Of a stretch of 56,193 nucleotides of DNA, positions 35,999-46,732 are shown one piece after another. Made by a program: the position numbers and the translations under genes. This DNA comes from Planctomycetota bacterium. GTDB lineage: Bacteria > Planctomycetota > JACQVV01. The first letter of the stretch is position 1; each line of letters opens with the position of its first letter. The stretch spans positions 1-56,193 of the forward strand of contig JACQVV010000299.1 in assembly GCA_016209595.1 (NCBI GenBank). Direction: 5' to 3'. The notes beneath the pieces were generated by a model, which saw only the letters and a list, made by a program, of their open reading frames with translations, searched no databases and was not told the DNA's origin.

Positions 35999-36853
35999 AT
36001 GCGACGAATCGACCTCGATGAACTCCCTCGCTGGTCGGCCTGGCCGGGCCGGATCATTGGGACAACTCCGTGGACTTGCCCGCGACGGACGATCGAGAAG
36101 ATCGATGAAGAGTATGACAAGGACAAGTATGCGAAGGCTCTAGAGTGGTACGACCGTGCGGGCGGTGATCCCGAGGCGATCATGACGTTCGAGTGGTCGG
36201 TGGTCGGCGGCGGTGAGCACCCCATCTGCGTGTCGCGCGGAGACCATCTGTACGCAACCACAATCGGGGCTGCACGCGCAGCGTACCAGGATCTGCTCCA
36301 TGACGTGCTTCGCCCCGCCATCGACGAGGGGACGACGGTGGTCGAGCTGGGCTGTGGGTATGGATACAACTTGTGGCGCCTATCGGGCCGCATGAAGGCA
36401 CGACGCTTCATTGGCGGCGACTACTCGGCCAACGCCATCAAACTGGCGGCGCGCCTCTACGAACGAAACTCGCTTGTGTCCGTGCGACCGTTCAATTTCT
36501 ACGACGCTCTCTATCAGCTGCTCGAACAGCTCGAGGGGCCGTGCGTCGTGTTCACGTCCCACGCGCTCGAGCAGCTCCCGACGGCAGCGCACGTCATCGA
36601 AGTACTGGCAAGCCACATCGACAAGCGCTCCAACGTATTCCACTTCGAGCCGGTCATCGAGCTGCAAGGCCAGGATCTGCTCTCGCTGATGCGACGCCGG
36701 TACATCCAAATCAACGACTACAATGTGGACCTCATGTCCGTTCTCCAGCGCCACCGAGAACTCATCGAGATCGTCGATACCCGGCCGAACCTATTGGGGC
36801 TAAATCCCCTCTGCGCGACGAGCGTTGTTCACTGGAAAATGCGTCGCGAGTGA
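35999..36853 (+). CDS. Class I SAM-dependent methyltransferase (visibly lower GC)
   Basis: VVELGCGYGYNL, GGDYS, FTSHALEQLP, HFEP, NDYN. Confidence 0.8.
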   Translation: MRRIDLDELPRWSAWPGRIIGTTPWTCPRRTIEKIDEEYDKDKYAKALEWYDRAGGDPEAIMTFEWSVVGGGEHPICVSRGDHLYATTIGAARAAYQDLLHDVLRPAIDEGTTVVELGCGYGYNLWRLSGRMKARRFIGGDYSANAIKLAARLYERNSLVSVRPFNFYDALYQLLEQLEGPCVVFTSHALEQLPTAAHVIEVLASHIDKRSNVFHFEPVIELQGQDLLSLMRRRYIQINDYNVDLMSVLQRHRELIEIVDTRPNLLGLNPLCATSVVHWKMRRE

Positions 36854-36954
36854 ACGGGGCACGGGATCGAGACGATCCGATGCTCCTGAGGCCGAACCGA
36901 GGACGGGCATCGACACGAACTGTCCAGCCTCCGTCGCACCCAAGTGGCCTCCGC

Positions 36955-37284
36955 GCCGGCGTGCTCGTCTTGGATGAGCTCGGCTACTAGACCTACCCGA
37001 ACGACGCCCCAAACGTCCCGTTCCAGGTCGTGAACTAGCGCTACCTGAAGAACAAGGCGATGGTCTTCACGACGAACAAGCCCCCGGCGTCATGGGCCAG
37101 GGTTCTCCACGACGCGGATCTGGCGGAGGGGATCATTCATCGCGTCCTCGTCCGAGGCCGCTTCGTCGAGCTGCGAGGGAGGTCGTACCGGGCTCGTCAG
37201 TTACCCAAGACCACAGAGCCTGGGCGGGCACTCGAACCCGCCAAGGTTTCCGGAATCGAGCGGCCAGAATTTCCGGAACCCACA
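36955..37284 (+). mobile_element. istB: IS21-family remnant: istB C-terminal pseudogene plus right end
   Basis: VLVLDELGY*TYPNDAPNVPFQVVN*RYLKNKAMVFTTNKP..W..VLHDADLAEGIIHRVL.RGRFVELRGRSYR, with TAG at 36988 and 37036. Followed by two TTTCCGGAA-containing repeats and a terminal CA at about 37284. Confidence 0.85.
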
Positions 37285-37920
37285 CGGCGGGGGGAGCTCC
37301 TGGAGACGATCGAACCCTACCGCTCCCCGACCGGCGCCCGGGACTCTATCGTCCCCTGGAGCGGGGGAAAGGACTCGAGCTCGATTGCATGGCCACTGAA
37401 GTTCGAGTACGGTATGAATCCGTTGCTCGTCACGTTTTACCCGCTGCTACCCAACGACGTCGGGAACCACAACCGCGAGCAGATGCTCCGCGCGGGGTTC
37501 GACCACGTTTTCTTCCGGCCCAACCAGAGAATCCACCGGACGCTCGAGAACTGCCAGTCGCTCAGCGCGATGCTCGGACCGGCCCACGCGATCGTCGCCG
37601 AGCCCAGGCACGTCGTCGTCGCAATAGGGAGCCGGATCCTTGTCCCGTTCAAGAAACCGCTCCACTACTATCTGTCGACCAACTCCGCCGACACCCACGC
37701 CTTCCGGTTCAGCGCGAACGCCTTGCGGGGGGTGCTCGCCGTGACCGGGTTCGAGACGGTCGAGATGAACCGCTTCATCGACAGCGAATACCTCTGCGCG
37801 ATCGGGAGGAGGAGCGACCGATCGAAGGAGGTCCCCTGGCAGGGGGACGACCCGACCGCCGTCGCCGAGTTATTCACCCGTCGGCACGAGGGCACGCGGC
37901 GCTTCTGCGCTTCTAGCTGA
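37285..37920 (+). pseudogene. Chimeric remnant: amidotransferase fragment joined to methyltransferase C-terminus
   Basis: 37285-37539 parallels about 33833-34086 (VPWSGGKDSSSIAW..FFRPNQ). 37540-37920 parallels about 35296-35678 (TLENCQSL..SRILVP.KKPLHYYL). Confidence 0.85.
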
Positions 37921-37929
37921 GAACGATCC

Positions 37930-39210
37930 ATGGAAGAGCTGGCCCTCCTCGGCGGCAAACCGGTCCTCCCGGAATCGCTCCCACCCTACCGCTCGGTCGG
38001 GCGCGCCGAGCGCGAGGCGGCCCTCCGGGTCCTGGACTCGGGCTGTCTCTCCGGCTTCTACGGGAGCTGGTGCGAGGAGTTCCACGGCGGCCCACGGGTC
38101 CGGGAGCTCGAGGCGGCCTGGCGCGCACGCTTCGGAGTCCGCTACGCGCTTTCCGTCAACTCGGCGACCTCGGGGCTCATCGCCGCGATGGGCGCGATCG
38201 GCGTCGAGCCGGGAGACGAGGTGATCGTCCCCCCCTGGACCATGTCCGCCACCGTCGTCGCCCCGCTCTTCTATGGCGGGATCCCCGTCTTCGCCGACAT
38301 CGAGTCCGACACGTTCTGTCTCGACGTCGAGAAGGTCCGCACCGCGATCGGCCCCCGCACGCGGGCCATTCTCGCCGTCGACCTCTTCGGCCATCCCGCC
38401 CGACTCGCCGAGCTCCGGAAGCTGGCCGACGAGCGCGGGATCTACCTCGTGGAGGACGCGGCTCAGGCCCCGCTCGCCGAGGAGGACGGCCGCCTTGCCG
38501 GCACGATCGGGCACGTCGGGGTCTACAGCCTCAACCACCACAAGCACATCCACTGCGGAGAGGGCGGGATTCTCGTCACGGACGACGACCGCCTGGCCGA
38601 GCGGCTCGCCTTGCTCCGGAACCATGCCGAGAGCGTCGTCGGCCCGAAGGGGACCGAGGACATCACGAACCTCGTCGGCTTCAACTTCCGGCTCACCGAG
38701 CTCTCGGCCGCGGTGGCGACGGTGCAGCTCGCCCGGATCGACGAGCACGTCGGGCGGCGCGTCAAGGTCGCGGAGACCATGCGCGCCGCTCTGGTGGACC
38801 TGGAAGGGCTTCGCCCGCCGGTCGTCCGCGAGGGCTGCCGCCACGTCTACTACGTCTGGGCCCTCTCGATCGACGCCCGGGAGCTCGGCGTCAGCCGCGA
38901 CGCGTTCTGCCGTGCCCTCGCGGCTGAAGGGTTCCCTCACAACGCCGGCTACGTGAACCCTCTCTACCGCCTCCCCCTCTTCCAGCGCCGCACGGCCTTC
39001 GGCAAGAAGGGCCATCCCTTCCATCTCTCCAATGTCGAATACGGGCGCACGGACTGCCCGGTCGTCGAGCGGCTCCAGGCGGAATCGCTCGTCATGTTCG
39101 AGCCCTGCGCCTACGAGCTCACCCGGGAACGGGTCGGGCGGCTCGTCCGCGCCGTGCACAAGGTCCACGCCCTTCGCGACCGGATCCCGAAGGGGGAGCG
39201 ACCAAAGTGA
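37930..39210 (+). CDS. DegT/DnrJ/EryC1/StrS sugar aminotransferase
   Basis: VNSATSGL, GDEVIVP, VEDAAQA, YSLNHHKHIHCGEGG, GFNFRLTE. Confidence 0.93.
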   Translation: MEELALLGGKPVLPESLPPYRSVGRAEREAALRVLDSGCLSGFYGSWCEEFHGGPRVRELEAAWRARFGVRYALSVNSATSGLIAAMGAIGVEPGDEVIVPPWTMSATVVAPLFYGGIPVFADIESDTFCLDVEKVRTAIGPRTRAILAVDLFGHPARLAELRKLADERGIYLVEDAAQAPLAEEDGRLAGTIGHVGVYSLNHHKHIHCGEGGILVTDDDRLAERLALLRNHAESVVGPKGTEDITNLVGFNFRLTELSAAVATVQLARIDEHVGRRVKVAETMRAALVDLEGLRPPVVREGCRHVYYVWALSIDARELGVSRDAFCRALAAEGFPHNAGYVNPLYRLPLFQRRTAFGKKGHPFHLSNVEYGRTDCPVVERLQAESLVMFEPCAYELTRERVGRLVRAVHKVHALRDRIPKGERPK

Positions 39211-40233
39211 GCGCCGCCCGCTACCGGACGGCCCTCGCCGGCTTCGGTCAGAGTGCCCACGGACTCGCCGCCGGCCGGAGGATGGCCGCGTACTTTCCCT
39301 GCGCGACACACGCCCAGGCGCTCTCGGAACACCCAGCGTTCGAGTGGGCGGGAGTGCTGGAGCGCTCGCCCGAGACGCGGGCGAGAGCACGAGAGATCCT
39401 CCCGGCAGGAGTCGCCACGGACAGGCTCGAGGAGCTCCGCGACCGGTGCGCCCCCGAGGTCGCCGTCCTGGCCATCCCGCCGAGCGGGAGGTTCGAGGTC
39501 ATCGAGAGCCTCCCGTCGCTCTCCGCCGTCCTCGTCGAGAAGCCCCTGGGCTGGGACCTCAGCCAAGCCCGCGCGTTCCTCTACCTGGCCCGCGAGAGGG
39601 GGATCCTCGTCCTGGTGAACTACTGGCGCCGGACGGACGAATCGACCCGGGCCCTCGCGCCGGGAGGCATGGAAGAGCGGATCGGGCCTGTCCAGTCCGT
39701 CTGGGGCGTGTACGGAAACGGGCTGCCGGCAACGGGACGCACCTCATCGACCTCGTGCGGATGCTCGCGGGGCAAGTCGAGTCCGTTCAAGCAATCGTCG
39801 GGACTCCCCCGTTCAAGGAGGGTCCACTCGAGGGCGACTCGATCTTCGCCTTCACGATGTCGCTCGCCGGAGGCCGCGCGGCGTCGATCCACCCGCTCCG
39901 GTTCGAGCGCTACAGGGAAGTTGCGTCGTGATCTGGGGCGAACACGAGCGGTACGACCTCCTACAGGAAAGCCTCGTCCACCTCCGATATCCGGTGCGAC
40001 CGAATCGAGGGCTCCACGGAGAGCGAGAGGTCGCCTGCGACGCGTCTCCCGGGGCGGTCGGATTCGCCCTGATGAAGATGTACGACAACCTCGCCGGCGC
40101 GCTCGCCGGAAGAGAAGGCCTCTGGAGCCCGGGCGAGAACGCGGTCGTCACCGAAGCGATCACCCAGGCCGCTCGCGAGTCCGCGAGCCGTGGCGGCCAT
40201 CCCGTGAGGCCCGGCGAGGTCATCGCGCGTTGA
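39207..40233 (+). pseudogene. Gfo/Idh/MocA oxidoreductase with two frameshifts
   Basis: VLVEKPLG and VNYWRR in frame 1; NGTHLIDLVRMLAG in a second frame after about 39725; VIWGEHERYDLLQE in a third frame after about 39928. Confidence 0.75.
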
Positions 40234-40350
40234 GTCTCTCGCTTGTCTCGCGGAGGGCGACAACCGTAGAATCGCCGCTGCTCGATTCGCGTCCGTTTCT
40301 CTTCTTCGCGGGGACGCGGTGTTGCGAACCGCGGCCGCAAAGAGACGCAC

Positions 40351-40981
40351 GGTGAACCGGAACAGGCTCGTCTTCACGGGGCTCCTCGTTGGGGAAGGTA
40401 AGGGCCCATCCAAGAACCCTCCCGGCGCCGGTGCTCCGCCGGGCTCGGTCCGGGCTTATGGATGGGCTCTAAGGGGCTCTACTCGCTTTGCCCGGAGCTG
40501 GACGTGGCTTCCCAGGGCGAATCGCGTCGCGTGGCTCGGAGCATGTTGCGAAAGTCGGTGGCCGGCTACCTCGAGGCCTGCTTCGAGTCGAATCTGCCCT
40601 ATCGCCGGCCAAGGCCGGAGGAAGAGGATTCCGCGCCGGACGGATCCGCAAGGCGTCGCAGGCACCTCCCGCCTGCGGGTGGACCTCGTCGTCAGCATGA
40701 CGAGCATGATCCTCGAGGAGGCCGCGCTCCGTGGCCGACCCACGCTTTCGATCCTGCCGCGCTCCGTCGAGAGCGACTTGCTTCCGTCCGTCGCCCTGGG
40801 AGTGACTCCGTGCGTCACCCGGCGCGAAGAGATCGATTCCTACTTCTCTTCTCGCGCATGGGAGGCGGCCCCCGCGGATGCGGACCGCGCCTTCCCGGCG
40901 AAGAGCGCCGAACGAACCGTGTCCGTCCTGGTGGCGATTCTTCGCGGGAGTCCGACACGGGGGCCGTTCGAGGCGGGTTGA
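40351..40981 (+). pseudogene. Degraded GT-B-like glycan-cluster gene (C-terminal remnant)
   Basis: DLVVSMTSMILEEAALRGRPTLSILP at about 40680-40760; the upstream part is fragmented across frames. Confidence 0.45.
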
Positions 40982-41031
40982 TCCCGTACACCCGCGCCGC
41001 TACCCTACGTCCTACGCCGCCACTCGAACCC

Positions 41032-42894
41032 ATGCCCGAACCAGAGACCGCGACCGCCCCCGACTCCGCGGGCCGGCGGGCGACACTTCGCGAGTTCGTG
41101 GTGTGGTGCTGGCGGGAGAACCCGGTGCTCTTCCCTCTGGCGATTCTCGCCGCCCTCCTGGGGATGCTCATGGAAGGGGTCGGGATTGGCCTCTTCCTTC
41201 CTCTCTTTTCCAGGATCGACTCGGCCGGGTCGGACGATGCCACCGGCTTCGCGCGCGCCATGTCGGACCTCGCCGAGCGGGTGCCGTTCCTCTCCTCGCT
41301 CGAAGGGCTGCTCGCCGTCATCGTAGCTCTCTTCCTGGCGAAGGCGGCTCTCCTCCTCGCGTCCGGCTACGCGAACATCCGCCTCGCCGCGGACCTGCGG
41401 CGCCGCTGGTGTACGCGCCTTTACAACGCCTTCCTCGACGCCGACTACGCCTTCTTCGCGAAAGCCCGAGTGGGGGAGCTGTCGAGCTCCGTCGCGCTCC
41501 AGGTCGAGCAGCTCCTCGGAGGCGTGGCCCTCATGCTGATGCTGTTCTCGCTCGCGATCTCGCTCGCCGTCTACCTGGGCCTCGCGGTCGCGATCGAGCC
41601 CGGAATCACGGTCGCGACGCTCGGCCTGGGGGGACTCGCCTACTTCGCCTTCCATTCCATCGTCAAAAAGGGCCGCTCGCTCGGGGAGGCAAGGACGCGG
41701 GCGTACGACCGCGTCCTCTGCCTCCTCCTCGAGACCTTGACGGCGCTCCACGTCATCAAGGCGATGGGCCGGGAAGACGTCTTCAAGCGGAAAATCCAGA
41801 CGGAATCGGACGAGCTCCGCCGGATTCACGTCCGGGTCGGAGTCCACGATACCTTTCTCACCGTGGCGAACGAGCCCTTGATCGTCCTCCTCATCTGCAC
41901 CGCGATGTACGCGGGGACGAAGTGGCTCTCGCTCGATCTGGGGGTTTTTCTCCTGCTTCTCACGCTGCTCTACCGGAGCTATTCCCGGCTCGCGACGGGA
42001 CCCGCGCTGGCGCACAAGATCCTTCTCGCCCTTCCGGCGTTCGAGACCGTGCGAAGGACTTTCGAGGGGGCCTCGGTCCGGGCGGAGAAGCGCGGCGGAA
42101 GCCGGCGCATCGAGCGGTTCGAGTCGCTCGCTTTCGACTCGGTCTCGTTCGCCTACGACGGGCGCCCGGTGCTGGCCGATCTCTCGGCCTCGCTCCGGCG
42201 GGGTCAGCGCGTGGCGTTCGTGGGGAGCTCGGGCGTCGGCAAGTCGACCCTGCTCCGCATCCCCCTCGGGCTCCACCGAGACTACCAGGGCGAGATCCGC
42301 GTGAATGGCCACGTCCCCTTCCGCGAGATGGACCTGGCCGACTGGCGCCGCAGGATCGGCTACGTCAGCCAGGAGACGCAACTCTTCCACGGCACGGTCG
42401 CCGAGAACGTCTCCTTCTTCCAGGCGGCTCCCGAGACCGCCATACGGGAGGCGCTCGAATCATCGAGCGCCTGGGAGTTCGTCCAGGACCTCCCGGAGCG
42501 CGACCGGACCCTCGTGGGCGATCGCGGGATCCTCCTCTCGGGCGGCCAGAGACAGCGCCTCGCGCTTGCCCGGGCGCTCTTCGGCAAGCCGGAGATCCTC
42601 GTCCTCGACGAGGCCACGAGCGAGCTCGACTCTCTCTCCGAGGAGCGGATCCGACAGGCGATCGAGGCGCTCGGCCGCTCGCTCACCGTGGTCATGGTGG
42701 CCCATCGCCTGTCGGCAGTCCGCGACGCCGACCGGATCCACGTCCTGGAGGCGGGGCGCATCGTCGAGGAAGGACGGTTCGACGAGCTCCTCGCGGCGGG
42801 CGGCGCCTTCGGGCGGTTCGCCCGGAGCCAGGAGGTCTCACGAGGACCGGCGACTCAGCCTTCCCCGTCGGGTGGCGCCGGAGGCGCAGGGTGA
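41032..42894 (+). CDS. ABC exporter, fused permease-ATPase (MsbA/PglK-like flippase)
   Basis: TM domain, GSSGVGKST, LSGGQRQR, LVLDEATSELD, VAHRLS. Confidence 0.92.
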   Translation: MPEPETATAPDSAGRRATLREFVVWCWRENPVLFPLAILAALLGMLMEGVGIGLFLPLFSRIDSAGSDDATGFARAMSDLAERVPFLSSLEGLLAVIVALFLAKAALLLASGYANIRLAADLRRRWCTRLYNAFLDADYAFFAKARVGELSSSVALQVEQLLGGVALMLMLFSLAISLAVYLGLAVAIEPGITVATLGLGGLAYFAFHSIVKKGRSLGEARTRAYDRVLCLLLETLTALHVIKAMGREDVFKRKIQTESDELRRIHVRVGVHDTFLTVANEPLIVLLICTAMYAGTKWLSLDLGVFLLLLTLLYRSYSRLATGPALAHKILLALPAFETVRRTFEGASVRAEKRGGSRRIERFESLAFDSVSFAYDGRPVLADLSASLRRGQRVAFVGSSGVGKSTLLRIPLGLHRDYQGEIRVNGHVPFREMDLADWRRRIGYVSQETQLFHGTVAENVSFFQAAPETAIREALESSSAWEFVQDLPERDRTLVGDRGILLSGGQRQRLALARALFGKPEILVLDEATSELDSLSEERIRQAIEALGRSLTVVMVAHRLSAVRDADRIHVLEAGRIVEEGRFDELLAAGGAFGRFARSQEVSRGPATQPSPSGGAGGAG

Positions 42895-43664
42895 AGATCG
42901 TCGCGAGCGTGGAGGCCCGGATGGGGTCAAGCCGGCTGCCCGGCAAGGTGCTCGCCGAAGTGTGCGGCGCGCCCGCTCTCACCCGGCTCCTGGGCCGCCT
43001 GCGGCGCGCCCGCCTCGTCGATTCGATCGTGCTGGCCACCACGGACTCGCCGCGGGACGACGCGCTCGCGGACCGGGCCGCGCGCGAGGGCGTTCCGTGT
43101 TTTCGGGGGAGCGAGGAGGACGTCCTCGCGCGCGGCGCCGGGGCCCACCGCAGCCTGGGTTCGGATCTCGTGGTCGAGGTGACCGGCGACACGCCGCTCC
43201 TGGACCCCGAGGTAATCGACTGGGGGGTCGGGACGTTTCTCGCAAACGATTGCGACGTCGTCTCGAACGTGAGGAATCAGACCTTCCCCCAGGGAATCGA
43301 CATCCATGTCTTCCGCCTGGCCGCGCTGGAAGAGGTCGAGCGGACGGTTTCCGATCCCGCTGTGCGCGAGCACGTCTCTCTCTACTTCTACGAGCACCCG
43401 GAGCGGTATCGGGTCTTTCACCTCGTCGCTCCCGCCCGCTGGCGCGCCCCCGAGCTCCGCCTGCTCCTAGACTACCCGGAGGATCTCGCCTTCCTCCGCG
43501 AGCTGTACGCCCGGCTGGCGCCAGCACACGGGGACAGGTTCGGCCTCGACGAGATCCTCGCCCTGCTCCGGCGGGAACCCGGCCTCGCCTCGATCAACCG
43601 GGCCTGCGAGGAGAAGCCGGTCCGGCCAGCCGCCGCCCCGTTCCAGGGGCTGCCGCACGATTGA
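42891..43664 (+). CDS. SpsF-like cytidylyltransferase
   Basis: EARMGSSRLPGKVL, RGSEEDVLAR, VTGDTPLLDP, REHVS, LDYPEDL. Confidence 0.9.
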   Translation: MKIVASVEARMGSSRLPGKVLAEVCGAPALTRLLGRLRRARLVDSIVLATTDSPRDDALADRAAREGVPCFRGSEEDVLARGAGAHRSLGSDLVVEVTGDTPLLDPEVIDWGVGTFLANDCDVVSNVRNQTFPQGIDIHVFRLAALEEVERTVSDPAVREHVSLYFYEHPERYRVFHLVAPARWRAPELRLLLDYPEDLAFLRELYARLAPAHGDRFGLDEILALLRREPGLASINRACEEKPVRPAAAPFQGLPHD

Positions 43665-43726
43665 CAAGCCGGCGGGTTCCCCGTACCCCTCCGCCGGCAC
43701 ATCAAGGAGCACGAAGTCGCGACGGC

Positions 43727-44782
43727 TCAAAGGGGCTTCCATGCCTTCGCGGGTCCGAGCCCTGTCGCGCCGTAGCGGATTCGCTTGCGGGCGGCCTCGA
43801 GATCGCCGCACGGCGTTTCCAGGCGATCACCCTCCTGGATCCGCGCGAGGAGGCTCTCGCCCTTCTCGTCGAGAGCCTCTTCCACGAGAAGCTCCCCTCC
43901 GCACGCGGCCACCATGAGCCACCGTCCATTGTTCCGGTAGACGAGGCCGCTCTGGTAGGGGTGGAAGTAGCCGTCGTTTCGTTGAACCGACACGGTCCGG
44001 ATCCTCACGCGCTGTTCGTTCCAGCGCGTGCTCGCTCCCGCGTAGGGCCGGTCAAAAGCACAGATGAAGCGCTCGATCTCGTCGGCCGGCCAGCTCCAGT
44101 CGATCCAGCCGTGAAGATCCGTGCTCAGCCTGGGGTTGTACGTCGAGAGGTACTCGCACTGCACACGAGCCGTGAGCTTGGTCTCGCCCGAGCTGATTCG
44201 ATCGACGAAACGTTCAAGGAAGAGGAGATTCTTCGAGAGGTAGAACTCCTGGTAGTCCTCGGGAACGCGGCAAGTGCCCGGGTAGAGGAACTCCTCGTGG
44301 TCGAGGATGGGGCCTGTGTCCACTCCCTCGTCGATTCCGTGGATGACGCAGTAGCCGAGGCGGTTACCCCGGAGAATCTGCCAAGAGAACCCGCCCCCTC
44401 CCCTATCGCGGGGAAGACGGGTACCGTGCACGTTGACGAGCCGCCCCCGGAAAAGCCCCTGGATCGATTCTCTCTTGAAGATCCAGGCGGCGCCCAGCGA
44501 GATCGCCAGTCCGTCCTCCATGGACCCGACCAGCTCCCGGACCGCAAGGAGGGAGCCCGGATCGTGGATGTTGCGGGTCTCGTGGTGGCGCACTCCCTTA
44601 TCCGAGAGGAACACCGCGAGACTTTGCTCCCCGCGCACCTTCTCGGGCGCATGCCTGGGAGAGATCGCGGCCACAACCTCGAGCCCTCGCTTTTTCCCGT
44701 GGTCGACAAGGTGAGCAAGCGTGCGGCCGCTACCCAGTAGGACGAGCTTTCGAATCTGGGGAAGTACCAGCTCGAAGACCAT
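43727..44782 (-). CDS. Sugar N-formyltransferase (Fmt-like)
   Basis: VNVHGTRLPRDRG, GVDTGPIL, IDWSW, RPYAGA; ATG 44782 follows GGAGGAG. Confidence 0.85.
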   Translation of the reverse strand: MVFELVLPQIRKLVLLGSGRTLAHLVDHGKKRGLEVVAAISPRHAPEKVRGEQSLAVFLSDKGVRHHETRNIHDPGSLLAVRELVGSMEDGLAISLGAAWIFKRESIQGLFRGRLVNVHGTRLPRDRGGGGFSWQILRGNRLGYCVIHGIDEGVDTGPILDHEEFLYPGTCRVPEDYQEFYLSKNLLFLERFVDRISSGETKLTARVQCEYLSTYNPRLSTDLHGWIDWSWPADEIERFICAFDRPYAGASTRWNEQRVRIRTVSVQRNDGYFHPYQSGLVYRNNGRWLMVAACGGELLVEEALDEKGESLLARIQEGDRLETPCGDLEAARKRIRYGATGLGPAKAWKPL

Positions 44783-44987
44783 CGGCTCCTCCACATCCGC
44801 GCGAACGGCGAGCATAGACACGGTCCCGGCGTGGGGCAAGGCCGGCGAGAATGGCCACGCGGCGGCCCCCCGTGCGACAGACGCCCGCCGCACGCTCTTG
44901 CACGGCCCCGCCCCGCGCGCTTATCGTACAGAATCCACGGAAAATCCGGCTAGGCTTCTCTTGCTGCGGCCGCCCCTGGAGGACGAT

Positions 44988-46022
44988 TTGGAGACGACGG
45001 TTCGAGTCGCTCACAGGAGAATCGGGCCCGGCCAGCCCGTTTTCGTTGTTGCGGAGATCGGAGCCACCCATGGCGGAAGACTCGATGTCGCGCTCGCCCT
45101 GGTGGAGTCGGCGGCGCGCTGCGGCGTGGACGCCGTGAAGCTCCAGACGATCGCGGTCGACGAGAGCTACGTTCCGGGGGAACCCTCCTACGAGATCTTC
45201 AAGAACCTTTGGTTCGAGAGGACGGACCTGGCGATCCTCAGGAAGTCTTGCGAGGAGCGCGGCCTCGTCCTCTTCTCGACTCCCGGGGACTTTGCGAGCC
45301 TCGACCTCCTCGTGGAACTCGGCGTCCCGCTCCTCAAGATCTCGTCCGGGCTCCTCACCAACCTCCCCCTCGTGAGGCGGGCCGCCGGGACGGGAATCCC
45401 CCTGGTCGTCTCGACCGGGATGAGCCACCTCGACGAGGTCGAGCACGCCGTCCGGGCGGCAGAGGAAGCCGGGTGCCGCGAACTCCTCCTCATGCACTGC
45501 GTGTCGCTCTATCCCGCACCGGCACGGTCGCTCAACCTCTCGGTCCTCCCGTTCCTGGCCCGGGACTTCGCCTGTCCTGTCGGCTACTCGGACCACCACG
45601 ACGGATTCGCCGCGTGCCTGGCCGCCACCGCGCTCGGCGCGAGGGCGATCGAGAAGCACTTCACCCTCGACAGGAACCAGGAGGGGCCGGACCATGCCTT
45701 CTCCTCCGATCCCGAGGAGATGAGCCATCTCGTCCTGGGCGTCCGGGAGGTCGAGACGATGCTGGGAAACCCACGGAAGGCGCCCGCCCCTGAAGAAGTG
45801 CCGGCGCGGGACCGCTACCGGCGATGCCTCGTCGCCAAGCGCGCGATCACCCGAGGAGAGGTCCTTTCCGGCGAATCGATCGGCCTGAAGCGTCCTCGCG
45901 CGGGCAAGCGGGGACTCTCGCCCGATCTGTACGACCGTGTCCTCGGCCGGCAAGCCGCGAGCGACATCCCGGCCGACGAGAGCCTGACCTGGGACATGAT
46001 CGCGGACGGGGAAAGGTCATGA
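44988..46022 (+). CDS. NeuB-family nonulosonic acid synthase with SAF domain
   Basis: VVAEIG, DAVKLQT, KISSG, STGMS, HCVSLYP, GYSDH, IEKHFTLD, DHAFS; TTG start follows GGAGG. Confidence 0.92.
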   Translation: METTVRVAHRRIGPGQPVFVVAEIGATHGGRLDVALALVESAARCGVDAVKLQTIAVDESYVPGEPSYEIFKNLWFERTDLAILRKSCEERGLVLFSTPGDFASLDLLVELGVPLLKISSGLLTNLPLVRRAAGTGIPLVVSTGMSHLDEVEHAVRAAEEAGCRELLLMHCVSLYPAPARSLNLSVLPFLARDFACPVGYSDHHDGFAACLAATALGARAIEKHFTLDRNQEGPDHAFSSDPEEMSHLVLGVREVETMLGNPRKAPAPEEVPARDRYRRCLVAKRAITRGEVLSGESIGLKRPRAGKRGLSPDLYDRVLGRQAASDIPADESLTWDMIADGERS

Positions 46023-46732
46023 GAGGGACGGTCGTGCGCGTCCTGGTCGTGGCCGCCCACCCCGACGACAAGGTCCTGGGTTGCGGGGGAACCGTGGCCC
46101 GCTGGGCCGAGGAGGGACGCGAGATCCGCGTCTGGCTCCTCGGAGAGGGAGTCACGAGCCGATACGAGACGCGCCAGGCCGGAGCCGAGGGAGGCGCGCG
46201 CTACCTCGCCCAGGTACGGGAGCAGGCGGATCGAGCGGCCTCGATCCTTGGCGCGGCCGGATGCCGGGTCGTGGGCCTTCCCGACAATCGGATCGACTCC
46301 GTGGATCTTCTCGAGGTCGTGAAGGAGGTCGAGCGCGCGAAGCGGGAGTTCGATCCGGACGTCGTCCTGACGCACCACCCCGGGGACCTGAACGTGGATC
46401 ACCGCATCTGCCATCAGGCCGTGGCGACCGCCTTCCGGCCCCTGCCCGGCGAGAGGTGGAGCTCGATCCTTTCTTTCGAGGTGAGTTCGAGCACCGAATG
46501 GCAGCTGCCCGGAGGGGGAGTTCCCTTCGTCCCGAACGCGTACGTCGAGCTCGCGGAGCGGCACATGGAGAAGAAGCTCGCCGCCATGGCCGCCTACGCG
46601 GGGGAGATCCGCGAATGGCCGCACGCTCGTTCGCTCGAGGCCCTGCGGGCGCTGGCGAGATCCCGCGGGAGCCAGGTCGGCTGCGGGCTCGCGGAGGCAT
46701 TTGCAGTGGCGCGAAACATCGTGCGGTTGTAG
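46019..46732 (+). CDS. PIG-L/LmbE-family deacetylase
   Basis: VVAAHPDDKVLGCGG, THHPGDLNVDH, PNAYV, AEAF. Confidence 0.85.
   Translation: MRGTVVRVLVVAAHPDDKVLGCGGTVARWAEEGREIRVWLLGEGVTSRYETRQAGAEGGARYLAQVREQADRAASILGAAGCRVVGLPDNRIDSVDLLEVVKEVERAKREFDPDVVLTHHPGDLNVDHRICHQAVATAFRPLPGERWSSILSFEVSSSTEWQLPGGGVPFVPNAYVELAERHMEKKLAAMAAYAGEIREWPHARSLEALRALARSRGSQVGCGLAEAFAVARNIVRL

Noticed and set aside
36988-37038. Amber (TAG) recoding suggested by two in-frame TAGs in istB
   Set aside because: Many intact genes here end in TAG (e.g. pheS, holA, hisH), and the IS fragment carries other decay substitutions.
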